A stretch of 11,946 nucleotides of DNA from a virus (lineage: Duplodnaviria; Heunggongvirae; Uroviricota; Caudoviricetes), in the IMG/VR virus record IMGVR_UViG_2585427728_000004; one strand, 5' to 3'. Each line of letters opens with the position of its first letter. Within the stretch, counting starts at the first letter, position 1. Below are positions 1 through 9,176 of this stretch, piece after piece. Both the position numbers and the translations under genes were made by a program. Under the pieces are notes generated by a model. The model ran no database searches. It was given only the letters and a program-made list of their open reading frames with translations, and was not told the DNA's origin.

Positions 1-1368
1 TTACTTCACGGAATATTTTGCCACGGTCGCTTTCGCGCCATGCGCTAATAAAGACAAGTACGTTTCCGTCACTCTTGCAGTAAACAAACTATTGTCTGGC
101 AAATCATCACCAAAGATCGCCTTAATCGCCAGCAATGACTGGACGCGCGCTTTCCCTTCGTCACTACTTTGTACAGCCTTCTGAATAACAGGTAACAGTG
201 GGTCACTGATTTCTATCGGATTTCCCTGTTCATCAACACCACCGACATAACGCATCCAACCCGCGACGCCCAGCGCCAGCAGATCGAACTTGCTGTCATG
301 CGCCAGATGCCAGCGAACAGAATCCAACATCCGCTGTGGCAATTTCTGGCTACCATCCATCGCAATCTGCCAGGTTCGATGACGTAACGCCGGGTTGCTA
401 TAGCGTGCAATTAATCGGTTAGCGTAATCTTGCAAATCAACGCCCTGCACTTTCAACGTCGGCGCTTGTTCCTGCAACATCAAGCCATACGCCGCATAAC
501 GATATTGTTCATCTTCCATACAGTCATTAATGTGCTGATATCCTGCAAGATACCCCAGATACGCCAGGAATGAATGACTGCCGTTGAGCATGCGCAACTT
601 CATCTCTTCATAAGGCAGCACATCGCTAACCAGTTCGGCTCCCGCTTTTTCCCATTCCGGACGTCCGGCAACAAAGTTATCTTCTATTACCCACTGGCGG
701 AAAGGTTCACAGGCAACGCCCGCAGGATCGCCCACACCGGTAAGTTGTTCGATTTTCGCCAGCGTATCCTCTGTCACTGCGGGCACAATACGGTCCACCA
801 TTGTTGATGGGAAAGTCACGTTATCTTCGATCCATTGTGCCAGTTTTACATCAACGGCTTGTGCGTAGGAAGTGACAACGTCACGCATAACATGACCGTT
901 TTCTGGCATGTTGTCACATGACATGACGGTAAATGCGGGAAGTCCTGCCGCTTTACGGCGAGCCAGCGCCTCAACAATCACCCCTGTTGCTGTTTTCGGC
1001 TGGTGGGGATTTTGCACGTCGGCAGCGACCATCGGGTGATCGAGCATTAACTGTCCGGTCGCCGGAGAGTGGAAATACCCTTTTTCGGTGATTGTCAGAG
1101 AGACAATCGCAATTTGCGGTTCACACATCGCAGCCAGCACGGTTTCTAAGCCATCTATTTGTACGTGCAAGGCTTTTTTAACGACGCCAACGACGCGAGC
1201 CGTCCACGCGTCGGCCGACATTTCCGCAACGGTATAAAGATTATCTTGCTGTTGTAAATCGGCAATTTGCTGTTCGCCGCCGATTAAGTTGACCTCATAA
1301 TATCCCCAGTCACTGAAATGTTCCGTAGCAAGAATACAGAGTGCGTATGAGCGCCTGCAGAAGAAGTG
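1..1368 (-). pseudogene. ydfI: Mannitol dehydrogenase family oxidoreductase (UxuB/YdfI-like), 5'-truncated remnant; the ORF-track ORF 1..1221 is its internal-ATG portion
   Basis: The 406-aa ORF aligns with the UxuB family from about residue 85 to the C-terminus ([45 protein letters not shown]). My hand translation of the same frame upstream of the ATG at 1221 continues the homology ([16 protein letters not shown]) up to an in-frame stop at 1369-1371 with no start codon, so the N-terminal Rossmann region is missing. Symbol is inferred from the neighbouring Qin-like prophage. Confidence 0.6.
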
Positions 1369-1930
1369 TTAACACTGTATTTAGAATAATCAGATGCTCC
1401 ACTTCCCGGAGCACCACTGGAACCACCTGAAACAAATGTCATCGAATGGGTATGTGCACCGGCTGAAGCAGCCGTACCGCTAACACTATGGGTATGCGCC
1501 CCGGTGTTATTCGTGGATTTAGTGCCGTAATCAAACGACGATGTGGTTTTCGTACCCAAATCCGTACTGGATGCGCTGGCGCTGTGGGTGTGCGATTTAA
1601 TGCCGTCCTGTTCCTGAGACAATATGGCTCGACCACTGGCGGGCTTGCCCTTAATCGTCCAGCCACGCAAATCAGGGATCACGCCTGACGGATAAGCGGC
1701 AGCAAGTTTCGGGTAGGCAGATTTGTCAAAAGTCTGCCCCTGCATCAGGGCATAACCAGACGGAACGGTATCTGATGGCCACGGGATTGGTGCGCCGACT
1801 GGGTAGCTTTCTGGTGGAAGATTTTTCGAGGTATAAACTTCTGCCCAGTCTTCCTCAAAACCATAGCCATCTCTTGAAGAACGGTAGAACAGACCTCCAT
1901 TTCTGTAATGCGCCTTCATCTGCAGGGTCC
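1338..1930 (-). pseudogene. Side tail fiber protein C-terminal fragment (Stf/gp37-like tip with GAHTHS repeats), lacking its N-terminal part; approximate boundaries
   Basis: ORF 1284..2051 contains [12 protein letters not shown]...[34 protein letters not shown] followed by three GAHTHS repeats typical of lambda Stf/T4 gp37-type fiber tips. The first ~44 codons and last ~17 codons of that ORF are out-of-frame readings of terminase and ydfI DNA respectively. Confidence 0.55.
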
Positions 1931-3339
1931 GGCAACTTCCGACTCCGGTAGCTGGCCGGATCAATTCGCTGGCTCTCCCCGTCGCTGTCACCGCGCAATG
2001 ACTGCGTGATGTTGTAACGATCAATAATCCAGCGTTCGCCACGGCTGCCATAGCCCGTTACCTGAACCACAAAACGGCGATGACGTCCCGCCTGCACATC
2101 CACTGTCGCCACAAGGAAATTAACGCCATCCGGCACACTGCGGGAAGGAACTGGCTCTGCCCGCTGCTCAAGCAATTCACTTTTTCGTTGCTCCATGCTG
2201 GCGCGGGGAAGATAAGGTAATCCCCAGTCGGTATTGATAACCGTCTTGAGTGTCTCTTCACTTCCGGTTGTCTCGTATTCCTGTTCTGCAGTAAGCAGCT
2301 TGTAAACGAGTTGCGAGAGTGTCTGATAAGCAGCTGCCGGACCCTCCATCCAGAATGACGCAATACGTGAACGCCGGGGATCACCATAACGACTGCCATC
2401 TGCATTGATGGATTCACCATCCCGTAACCAGACCCCACGTCCGTTCAGCTCGCGTTTTTGTTCAGGCAAAATCCGTCCTGAACAGGAAGGACACTGAATA
2501 TAAGCCGCCTCACTTGCCAGCACAGGATCGGCAATATCACGGAAACCAGCAACCACATCGCCGCAGGGCTGAAAATACTCACCACAGTGTGGACAGGGCC
2601 AGTACCAGCGACGGCGATCGCCACGGTTATAGAGCGACAGGATCCCCGTGGTTGGTGGAGCCTCATGCGGTGAAGTCCGTCGCCATTTCACATCCTTCAC
2701 ATCCCTGCCGGGGGAACTCTCCACCAGCGTCATACCACTGGACATAAATGTGGTGGTACGTTTTGAGGCAAGAGAGAAGGCATCCCCCTCACCATCAATA
2801 TCTTCCGGAAAACGGTCATAATCCGTCAGCGCCACGCATTTATAATCTGATGAAGACATGATATTGACTGACGGCCAGCCGATTTTCAGGTAGTTGCCAG
2901 CAAGGAATGTTCTGTCATAAACGTTGTTGTCATTTTTGTTCGGACTCAGGCGACTGACCACTTCCGGGCTGACGCGAAACGTTCTGGCGAGTCGTTTTTT
3001 GGAGTGTTCGCGGGCTTTTTCCTCCGTCATCTGAATGATCAGCATATCAGCAGGATCGCAAATCACGTTGTAAATCACCCAGCCGTCAATCAGGCCGATA
3101 GTCTTGCCGGTTCGTGCCGGGCCAACAAATATCACTGCGTCGTATTCACGCGAGGCCAGGCAGTTCATAGGCTCAATAACATACGGTGCCACCAGCGGAT
3201 CCCACGGGACTGAGTTCCCTGCCCCCATGGGCACCCGCATATACTGAGCAACGGCATCAGCAACCCGCATTCGTCTCGGTGCGCGAAGGATATAACCTGA
3301 ATCGGTTCGTGCTGCCTTTGCGGTTTCCTGATTCAGCAT
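1855..3339 (-). CDS. Phage terminase large subunit (lambda GpA family), C-terminally truncated and fused into tail-fiber DNA; probably non-functional
   Basis: 494-aa ORF with Walker-A-like GPARTGKT, the CPHCGE motif and a WIIDRYNI segment matching the lambda gpA nuclease-domain region. Lambda gpA is about 640 aa; homology ends near residue 465 and the frame then runs through tail-fiber sequence to a stop. The start ATG overlaps the upstream stop (TAATG). Confidence 0.75.
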   Translation of the reverse strand: MLNQETAKAARTDSGYILRAPRRMRVADAVAQYMRVPMGAGNSVPWDPLVAPYVIEPMNCLASREYDAVIFVGPARTGKTIGLIDGWVIYNVICDPADMLIIQMTEEKAREHSKKRLARTFRVSPEVVSRLSPNKNDNNVYDRTFLAGNYLKIGWPSVNIMSSSDYKCVALTDYDRFPEDIDGEGDAFSLASKRTTTFMSSGMTLVESSPGRDVKDVKWRRTSPHEAPPTTGILSLYNRGDRRRWYWPCPHCGEYFQPCGDVVAGFRDIADPVLASEAAYIQCPSCSGRILPEQKRELNGRGVWLRDGESINADGSRYGDPRRSRIASFWMEGPAAAYQTLSQLVYKLLTAEQEYETTGSEETLKTVINTDWGLPYLPRASMEQRKSELLEQRAEPVPSRSVPDGVNFLVATVDVQAGRHRRFVVQVTGYGSRGERWIIDRYNITQSLRGDSDGESQRIDPASYRSRKLPDPADEGALQKWRSVLPFFKRWLWF

Positions 3340-3833
3340 TACTCCTCCTGCTGTAATTCCTCCTCATCATCCGCACCTGCTTCAGTCACCCGCAGGGCTA
3401 TCTGATCGCGCAGATCATCAATAATGGACTGAACACGGCTCACAGCGTCAGGCTGCAGACCGCAGTCACGTTCAAGAATATCCGGTAATGTCTCCAGCAC
3501 CTGCACGACCGCTTTTGCCCAGATGGCAAACTCCCGTCTGACATCACTGGCCGGAATGAGTTGTGCCGTTTCCTGTTCGAACTTAAGACGCTCACGTTCA
3601 GACTGATACCAGGCTTTGCGCTCATGCGCGTCCATTTCGCCTTCTGCAACCGGCGGTGGTAATGCCAGAAATGCCGACACAATATCAACCACCCGATAAA
3701 GCTTGAGGTTGCTTTCATGCCCCCCTGCAACGGGTAGATTTTGCAGCCTTGCCGCAGCAGTCTGGCGATGTACACCTGACAATGCCGCCAGTTGACTGAT
3801 ATTCAGCGTCAGATTTTTTAACTCTCGATCCAT
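3339..3833 (-). CDS. nohA: Terminase small subunit / DNA-packaging protein (Nu1/NohA-like)
   Basis: 164-aa ORF directly upstream of and overlapping the terminase large subunit gene; N-terminal HTH-like LNISQLAALSGVHRQTAAARL and an acidic C-terminus; a cos-like sequence lies ~190 bp upstream, as in lambda. Confidence 0.75.
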   Translation of the reverse strand: MDRELKNLTLNISQLAALSGVHRQTAAARLQNLPVAGGHESNLKLYRVVDIVSAFLALPPPVAEGEMDAHERKAWYQSERERLKFEQETAQLIPASDVRREFAIWAKAVVQVLETLPDILERDCGLQPDAVSRVQSIIDDLRDQIALRVTEAGADDEEELQQEE

Positions 3834-3989
3834 ACCCGCTCCAGAATGTTTTAAACATGCATCTTGCGAACAACTTTAGGCAAACGGTGTTAGTGATGAA
3901 CAAAAAACAATCAGAATCGACACCATAAAAATAAAACAACTGTAATATCAATCAATTACAGTAGTGGTGATGACGAATAAAATTTCAAA

Positions 3990-4045
3990 AACTAGCCTTT
4001 TTCCGCGACGCTCCCGCCCCGTGGCAGGGACCCCCACTGGGAGGA
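3990..4045. other. cos (cohesive-end) site of lambdoid prophage; cosN-like 12-mer at 4008..4019, read on the minus strand as GGGCGGGAGCGT
   Basis: Minus-strand sequence TCGGGTCCTCCCAGTGGGGGTCCCTGCCACG|GGGCGGGAGCGTCGCGGAAAAAGGCTAGTTTTTGAAATTTT resembles the remembered lambda ends (right end ...ACGGGTCCTTTCCGGTGATCCGACAGGTTACG, left end GGGCGGCGACCTCGCGGGTTTTCGCTATTTATGAAAATTTTCC). Distance to the terminase small subunit start (~190 bp) matches lambda cosN to Nu1. Confidence 0.55.
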
Positions 4046-4385
4046 CCCGACAGCCTGACAACCGTGACGAGCATCTGAAACAGAGCTTTACATAATGGCA
4101 TGGGGATAATTCAGAAGGACATCACAGCATGCCCACACAAATTAGTGTGAGTGTCCTGTTTCTTACTACGCGCAGGACTGACGAGCATGAGGGGAAAATA
4201 CGCGAACCGAAATGCCTTATCTTCAGAAATGCAGCCGGCATCCGAACTGGACGATATTGTAAATTCACCTAAATACGAGGCATTGCTGTAGTTGAATTGC
4301 AGTACTGTATTAGCCTTACAGTGACAGAATACGATATTGACTCTGTCACTTGTGAAATGGTCAGAATGGTTAGCAGTTATGGTGA

Positions 4386-4592
4386 TCAGTCAACCACCAG
4401 GGAATAATCCTTCGTATTCTTATCGTGCTTTACTAACGCGGCCTCAATTGCCCTGAATGCTTCCAGAGATACTTGATGTTCTATACATGCAATTACAACA
4501 TCCGGGTAACCCATCGAAATGGTGCTATTAAGCATAGTTTTTACACGAACCTGCTCCTGGGACGGGGCATCAGTGTATTGATCTTTATGCAT
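4386..4592 (-). CDS. Small prophage protein of unknown function (YbcW/YnfO-like, 68 aa)
   Basis: 68-aa ORF with GGAG Shine-Dalgarno ~8 nt upstream of the ATG; size and position (between the packaging genes and the lysis region) match the small DLP12/Qin ORFs of this type. Confidence 0.5.
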   Translation of the reverse strand: MHKDQYTDAPSQEQVRVKTMLNSTISMGYPDVVIACIEHQVSLEAFRAIEAALVKHDKNTKDYSLVVD

Positions 4593-4794
4593 TTTGTCGC
4601 TCCATTCGTTTGCTCTTCACTTGCGGCTAAAAATATAACGTCAAATCACTCAGCATGAAAGAGTGAAAGTTTCAGCGCGTTTCCCTTACATAATCTGTCG
4701 TTTGTATTCTCTTCAGGCATACCGGAAAGACTAGGTATTGTCACACAACCAATACCATCGACAATCGAGATTTATATCTATTCGGTAATGTTTA

Positions 4795-4825
4795 AATATA
4801 ACAAAACCCCGTAAAAACGAGGTTT
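4795..4825 (-). terminator. Candidate intrinsic terminator downstream of gnsB
   Basis: Minus-strand RNA AAACCUCG-UUUUUA-CGGGGUUU (8-bp stem including one G-U pair) followed by a U-rich run; found by eye, not energy-scored. Confidence 0.35.
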
Positions 4826-4887
4826 ATGGGTAATTTGTATTGTTGAATAGCATCTGATGAGAAATTGATGCTAATACTATAAACATG

Positions 4888-5061
4888 CTAGATTAAATCA
4901 ATCTTGATATCATAGCTTTCAAGACCAGTCATTTTTTCCCGTGCAGTAAACTGGATACTGGTAACTTCTTTCCCGGTCTTTTTCTTAAGCTCAATGATTT
5001 TTTTTGTTATATATTCAGAAATATCTGCTTCTGTTTTTGTTTTTAACTCTTCAATGTTCAT
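4888..5061 (-). CDS. gnsB: GnsA/GnsB family protein (57 aa)
   Basis: MNIEELKTKTEADISEYITKKIIELKKKTGKEVTSIQFTAREKMTGLESYDIKIDLI closely matches the GnsA/GnsB family. AGAGGA Shine-Dalgarno precedes two adjacent ATGs (5064 and 5061); the ORF-track N-terminal extension to 5154 is probably not translated. Confidence 0.8.
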   Translation of the reverse strand: MNIEELKTKTEADISEYITKKIIELKKKTGKEVTSIQFTAREKMTGLESYDIKIDLI

Positions 5062-5233
5062 CATTTCCTCTTTTAGTCTGTTATGACTGTCCTGGTACAC
5101 AGTAGTGTCAATTATATGGAGCAAACGTATAAAAGATAAGATGAAACATCGCAATAATCAACATACGACGGTCTAAATTTCACACAAACAGATAAAGATG
5201 ATTATCATTTATTATCAATGCATTAGAATCAAA

Positions 5234-5389
5234 TCAATTCAAGAGTCTCATTGCTGCTTCCAGAATTTCTTCTGAAGTTACATGTCGATCCGCTGCTACA
5301 TAAATGACTTTATGATCTCCGGTCAGAGATGGAAACCCTGCAGCCATTACAGTGAGGTGTGTTGTTTCGCCATTTGGATATTCACGCAT
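5234..5389 (-). CDS. ynfN: Qin-prophage-type small protein YnfN-like (51 aa from MREYPNG; upstream in-frame starts at 5410 and 5464 also possible)
   Basis: ORF 5234..5503; the 51-aa version starting at MREYPNGETTHL has GGAG upstream and matches the length I remember for K-12 YnfN. A terminator-like hairpin at 5507..5530 argues against the longest start. Confidence 0.55.
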   Translation of the reverse strand: MREYPNGETTHLTVMAAGFPSLTGDHKVIYVAADRHVTSEEILEAAMRLLN

Positions 5390-5506
5390 GATGGTGTTAA
5401 CTCCGGTCATCACTGGCACTACCATTGCTGGTTCAGAGTTAAAAAAAACTATTATTTTTTTCATAATGTTACCGTAATATGTGAGTATCCATCGACTAGA
5501 CACTAA

Positions 5507-5530
5507 GCAAAAAAGCTCCCGAAGGAGCCT
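5507..5530 (-). terminator. Candidate intrinsic terminator downstream of cspI (GC stem with UUCG tetraloop and U6 tract on the minus strand)
   Basis: Plus strand aaaaaaGCTCCcgaaGGAGCcttcatttt; on the minus strand GGCUCC-UUCG-GGAGCU is followed by UUUUUU. A U-rich run also follows on the plus strand, so it may be bidirectional. Confidence 0.4.
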
Positions 5531-5735
5531 TCATTTTCACTTTCTTAAATCTAACGACAGATGGCTAACATTTAAGTATTGTGAAATATTATCAAATGTA
5601 ATCATCATTGATTTACAAAAGATACATTTTGCCCCGAAAGGATTTCTGTCAGAAACATCAAAAGATGATGTTCTATACTGAGAACCATGGCAACACGGGC
5701 ATCTAAAGTGAATATGGTTTGTAATATTTTCTACC

Positions 5736-5948
5736 TCAAAGTGCCACTACATGAACAGCTGCAGGGCCTTTAGGTCCGTTCTCAATACCAAATTCGACTT
5801 CCTGATTCTCAGTTAACGTTTTGAAATCGTTGCTCTGAATAGCTGAGAAATGCACAAACACATCTTTGCTACCATCTTTCGGCGTGATGAAACCAAAACC
5901 TTTTTCAGGGTTAAACCATTTCACTAAACCAGTCATTTTGTTAGACAT
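5736..5948 (-). CDS. cspI: Cold shock protein CspA family (70 aa), CspI-like
   Basis: [70 protein letters not shown] carries the RNP1/RNP2 motifs (KGFGFI, VFVHF) of cold shock proteins; AAGG Shine-Dalgarno and a long AT-rich leader lie upstream. Confidence 0.9.
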   Translation of the reverse strand: MSNKMTGLVKWFNPEKGFGFITPKDGSKDVFVHFSAIQSNDFKTLTENQEVEFGIENGPKGPAAVHVVAL

Positions 5949-6311
5949 CATTATTACCTTTTGAAGAAGTTAGCCCTTGGGCAGAATGGTCCGAAAAAAA
6001 ATATCAGAAAGAAAAACCAACAAGGAAATCTCAAGAGGTACAAATAATAAAATTATAACAATGACTGCTTCAGATAATTTTGTAACAAACCAGAACACCA
6101 TTAACGCATGATTAACCAACCATAGCAAGGATTACTTTTGTAAAGAAAAACACACGAATGAAACAATAGCTTTATTTATTAATAAAACGTGTCATTCTGT
6201 CTAATGACCTTTTATCTTACCCTTAAGATTTCAAGGATTTTGACTCATGGAAGAGTCCTTTTTATTTAAATTTCACATTCAGCGCTAAAAATAATCCGAT
6301 TTAATATTAAT

Positions 6312-7334
<1,023 letters not shown>

Positions 7335-7338
<4 letters not shown>

Positions 7339-7646
7339 AGATATTTATGATGAGGACGCTCGTGCTTATTGGCAGGATTTTCAATCTTAAAGGAGTACTG
7401 ATGCTGCAGATAAGACTCAACTTTTTCTGACAATTTTTCTGCTACTTCCAGGAAGACTTGCCGGACGCTCATTCTGGCTGCTGCCTCATAAAACTCCAGC
7501 ACAGCTCCTTCAACACGGTCCATGGCGACATCCAGGCCAAAAATTTCACCGTCAAAGCGTTCTTTGTCCTGTAAGGCTACAGTTACCGTAACTTTATTCT
7601 CAAAATTACGGACTCCTTTCACAACCAGTTCATAGTCTTGAGTCAT
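7335..7646 (-). CDS. ydfR: YdfR-like protein (DUF1327), unknown function, embedded in the lysis cassette
   Basis: 103-aa ORF with strong GAGGAGAG Shine-Dalgarno, start 4 nt after the holin stop; its stop overlaps the endolysin ATG (ATGA). Confidence 0.75.
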
Positions 7647-7650
7647 TGGA

Positions 7651-7866
7651 TTACTCTCCTCTCGCAGCCTTACGCCTGTCTTCTTTAATCTTGAAATAAA
7701 GATTTGTCAGATACGTCAGCATGCCAAATACCAGACTACCCAATACACCTATTGCCGCCCACTGTGAGGGCGTGACTTTATCGAGCAACTGTAAAAACCA
7801 GTAGCCAGCACTGCCTGCAGAGGTGCTGTAGGCGATGCCCGTTGTTAACTTATCCATGGATTTCAT
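7651..7866 (-). CDS. essQ: Pinholin, phage 21 S21-like class II holin with dual-start motif (71 aa)
   Basis: [71 protein letters not shown] has two transmembrane segments and a charged C-terminus; GGAGGTGA Shine-Dalgarno upstream. The ORF-track extension to 7950 is read-through. Confidence 0.85.
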   Translation of the reverse strand: MKSMDKLTTGIAYSTSAGSAGYWFLQLLDKVTPSQWAAIGVLGSLVFGMLTYLTNLYFKIKEDRRKAARGE

Positions 7867-7954
7867 AGCCTCACCTCCGCAGATAACGGATGGTGTACAC
7901 GGTTTGGTTCGAAGAAGGAAAGAAGTTACATTAGCGTAAGGCCCGAACATCTAT

Positions 7955-7987
7955 TCAAAAAGAAAAACGCCAGCAATTATTCTGGCG
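7955..7987 (-). terminator. Candidate intrinsic terminator between the AraC-family gene and the holin
   Basis: Plus strand aaaaaCGCCAGcaattattCTGGCG; on the minus strand CGCCAG-aauaauug-CUGGCG is followed by UUUUUCUUUUU. Confidence 0.45.
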
Positions 7988-8056
7988 TAGCTAAAAATAT
8001 CGTATAATCTTACACTTCAAAAAATAACTTTATAAAATACCATCACATCATATCTT

Positions 8057-8770
8057 CTAAGAAAATCTTGATAAATATTGGTGCGGAGGCACACCAAAAT
8101 ATCCTCTAAAAACACTTACAAAATATGATGCATTGTCATACCCGCATATTCCCGCCACCTTGCCGACAGTATGGTTACTGTAGATCAATAATCTTTGCGC
8201 CATCATCATTCGTTCTTCAAGAATTAATTTACTAAACGATAATCCTTCGTCTTTTAATTTTCTTTTTAACAAACTCTCGCTCATATATAATCTTGAAGAT
8301 ATATCACAAAGTCTCCATGACGCAGAGATATCCGAGTGAATAATAGCCTTAACTTTACAACCTAAGCTATTAAGACTTCCGAACAAAAAACTTTGCACTA
8401 TTTTCTCTGAAGATAAGACAGCAAGACATGCAAGTGATATTTGATTTCTAACTACATCCACGGTTTTGCTATCACAATTCAAGCATGCAACCAAGTTCTT
8501 TAACAATGAAAAATCTTCACATTCTACTATCAAGTATGACGGATAAAACCTTCTTACAGAAAAAGGTGAGAGTGTGTAGTTTTTAAAGAAATCATTAACT
8601 GTTTTCTCCTCAACATCTACGATCATTAGATGATCTGTATTTGACGAAAAAAGATCTTTTAAATTGTATTCAATGAGGACAGCATTTCCTTTTTTAAACA
8701 AAATATCTTCTTTACCAATTCGGACACCAAACGAGTTCAACACCAAAATGATAGAACATATGTATGGCAT
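8057..8770 (-). CDS. AraC/XylS-family transcriptional regulator (AppY/Rns-like size class, 237 aa from the ATG at 8770)
   Basis: C-terminal double HTH typical of AraC family (LLKRKLKDEGLSFSKLILEERMMMAQRLL...VGKVAGICGYDNASYFVSVFRGYFGVPPHQY). AGGTGG Shine-Dalgarno 5 nt before the ATG at 8770; the ORF-track start at 8779 is GTG. The gene and its ~400-bp upstream region are visibly AT-rich. Confidence 0.85.
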   Translation of the reverse strand: MPYICSIILVLNSFGVRIGKEDILFKKGNAVLIEYNLKDLFSSNTDHLMIVDVEEKTVNDFFKNYTLSPFSVRRFYPSYLIVECEDFSLLKNLVACLNCDSKTVDVVRNQISLACLAVLSSEKIVQSFLFGSLNSLGCKVKAIIHSDISASWRLCDISSRLYMSESLLKRKLKDEGLSFSKLILEERMMMAQRLLIYSNHTVGKVAGICGYDNASYFVSVFRGYFGVPPHQYLSRFS

Positions 8771-9176
8771 ATTATCCACCTGATATCATTGGGGTTACAC
8801 CAGGTAAGTATAGGTGGAAAATCAATATTCGCCAGTTCAACAATAAGGAAAATCTCATTGCATCACAACTATAAAACCATGTGTTTAACTCACAAAAAAC
8901 AAATCATTAAACTAATCTGTTATATTATAATAGCTGCGTGCAATAATAATATTATATGCTCTTAATATTCACTTGAAATATCTTCATATAAAAACAGATT
9001 GAATAAAATCTTTTGGGGCTGGTATGTTTACCAACATTAAATTGCATCTCAATGTTTTCTTTAGCGTGAACAGGATTTTTATAAAAACTGACACTATGAG
9101 CATCATAGCGTAGTTTTTACGATTGTAAATATCCTGCATACAGGAACTCATCACTTTCAGATGATATCGCATACAG
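8771..9176 (-). promoter_or_regulatory. AT-rich leader/promoter region of the AraC-family gene; candidate nucleoid-protein (H-NS-type) silencing target
   Basis: About 400 bp of very AT-rich non-coding DNA between two minus-strand genes. The only ORF here (8984..9172) is low-complexity with no ribosome-binding site. No specific promoter hexamers assigned. Confidence 0.3.

Noticed and set aside
213-807. ORFs 213..410 (-) and 574..807 (+) inside or antisense to the mannitol dehydrogenase gene
   Set aside because: They overlap a well-supported coding frame, have low-complexity Arg/Cys/Trp-rich translations and no recognisable domains; they are frame-shadow ORFs.
1439-3213. ORFs 1439..1666, 1488..1688, 2058..2438, 2445..2666, 2514..2747 and 3004..3213 overlapping the tail fiber and terminase genes
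   Set aside because: Alternative-frame or antisense ORFs within GC-rich coding DNA; no homology signal and no ribosome-binding sites; the terminase and tail fiber frames explain the region.
3440-3951. ORFs 3440..3775 and 3715..3951 overlapping the terminase small subunit gene and the cos-proximal region
   Set aside because: Out-of-frame relative to the supported nohA frame. The 3715..3951 ORF would run across the cosB-like region, where lambda has no coding sequence.
4473-5681. Plus-strand ORFs 4473..4658, 5282..5506 and 5481..5681
   Set aside because: Antisense to or overlapping the small minus-strand genes, AT-rich low-complexity translations, no Shine-Dalgarno; 5481..5681 also crosses the terminator hairpin at 5507..5530.
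6243-6275. Hairpin GACTC-atggaa-GAGTC followed by a T-run on the plus strand
   Set aside because: Only a 5-bp stem and no plus-strand gene upstream to terminate; treated as chance.
8984-9172. 62-aa ORF in the AT-rich region upstream of the AraC-family gene
   Set aside because: Very AT-rich, Ile/Lys/Asn-biased translation, no ribosome-binding site; more likely non-coding leader or promoter DNA.
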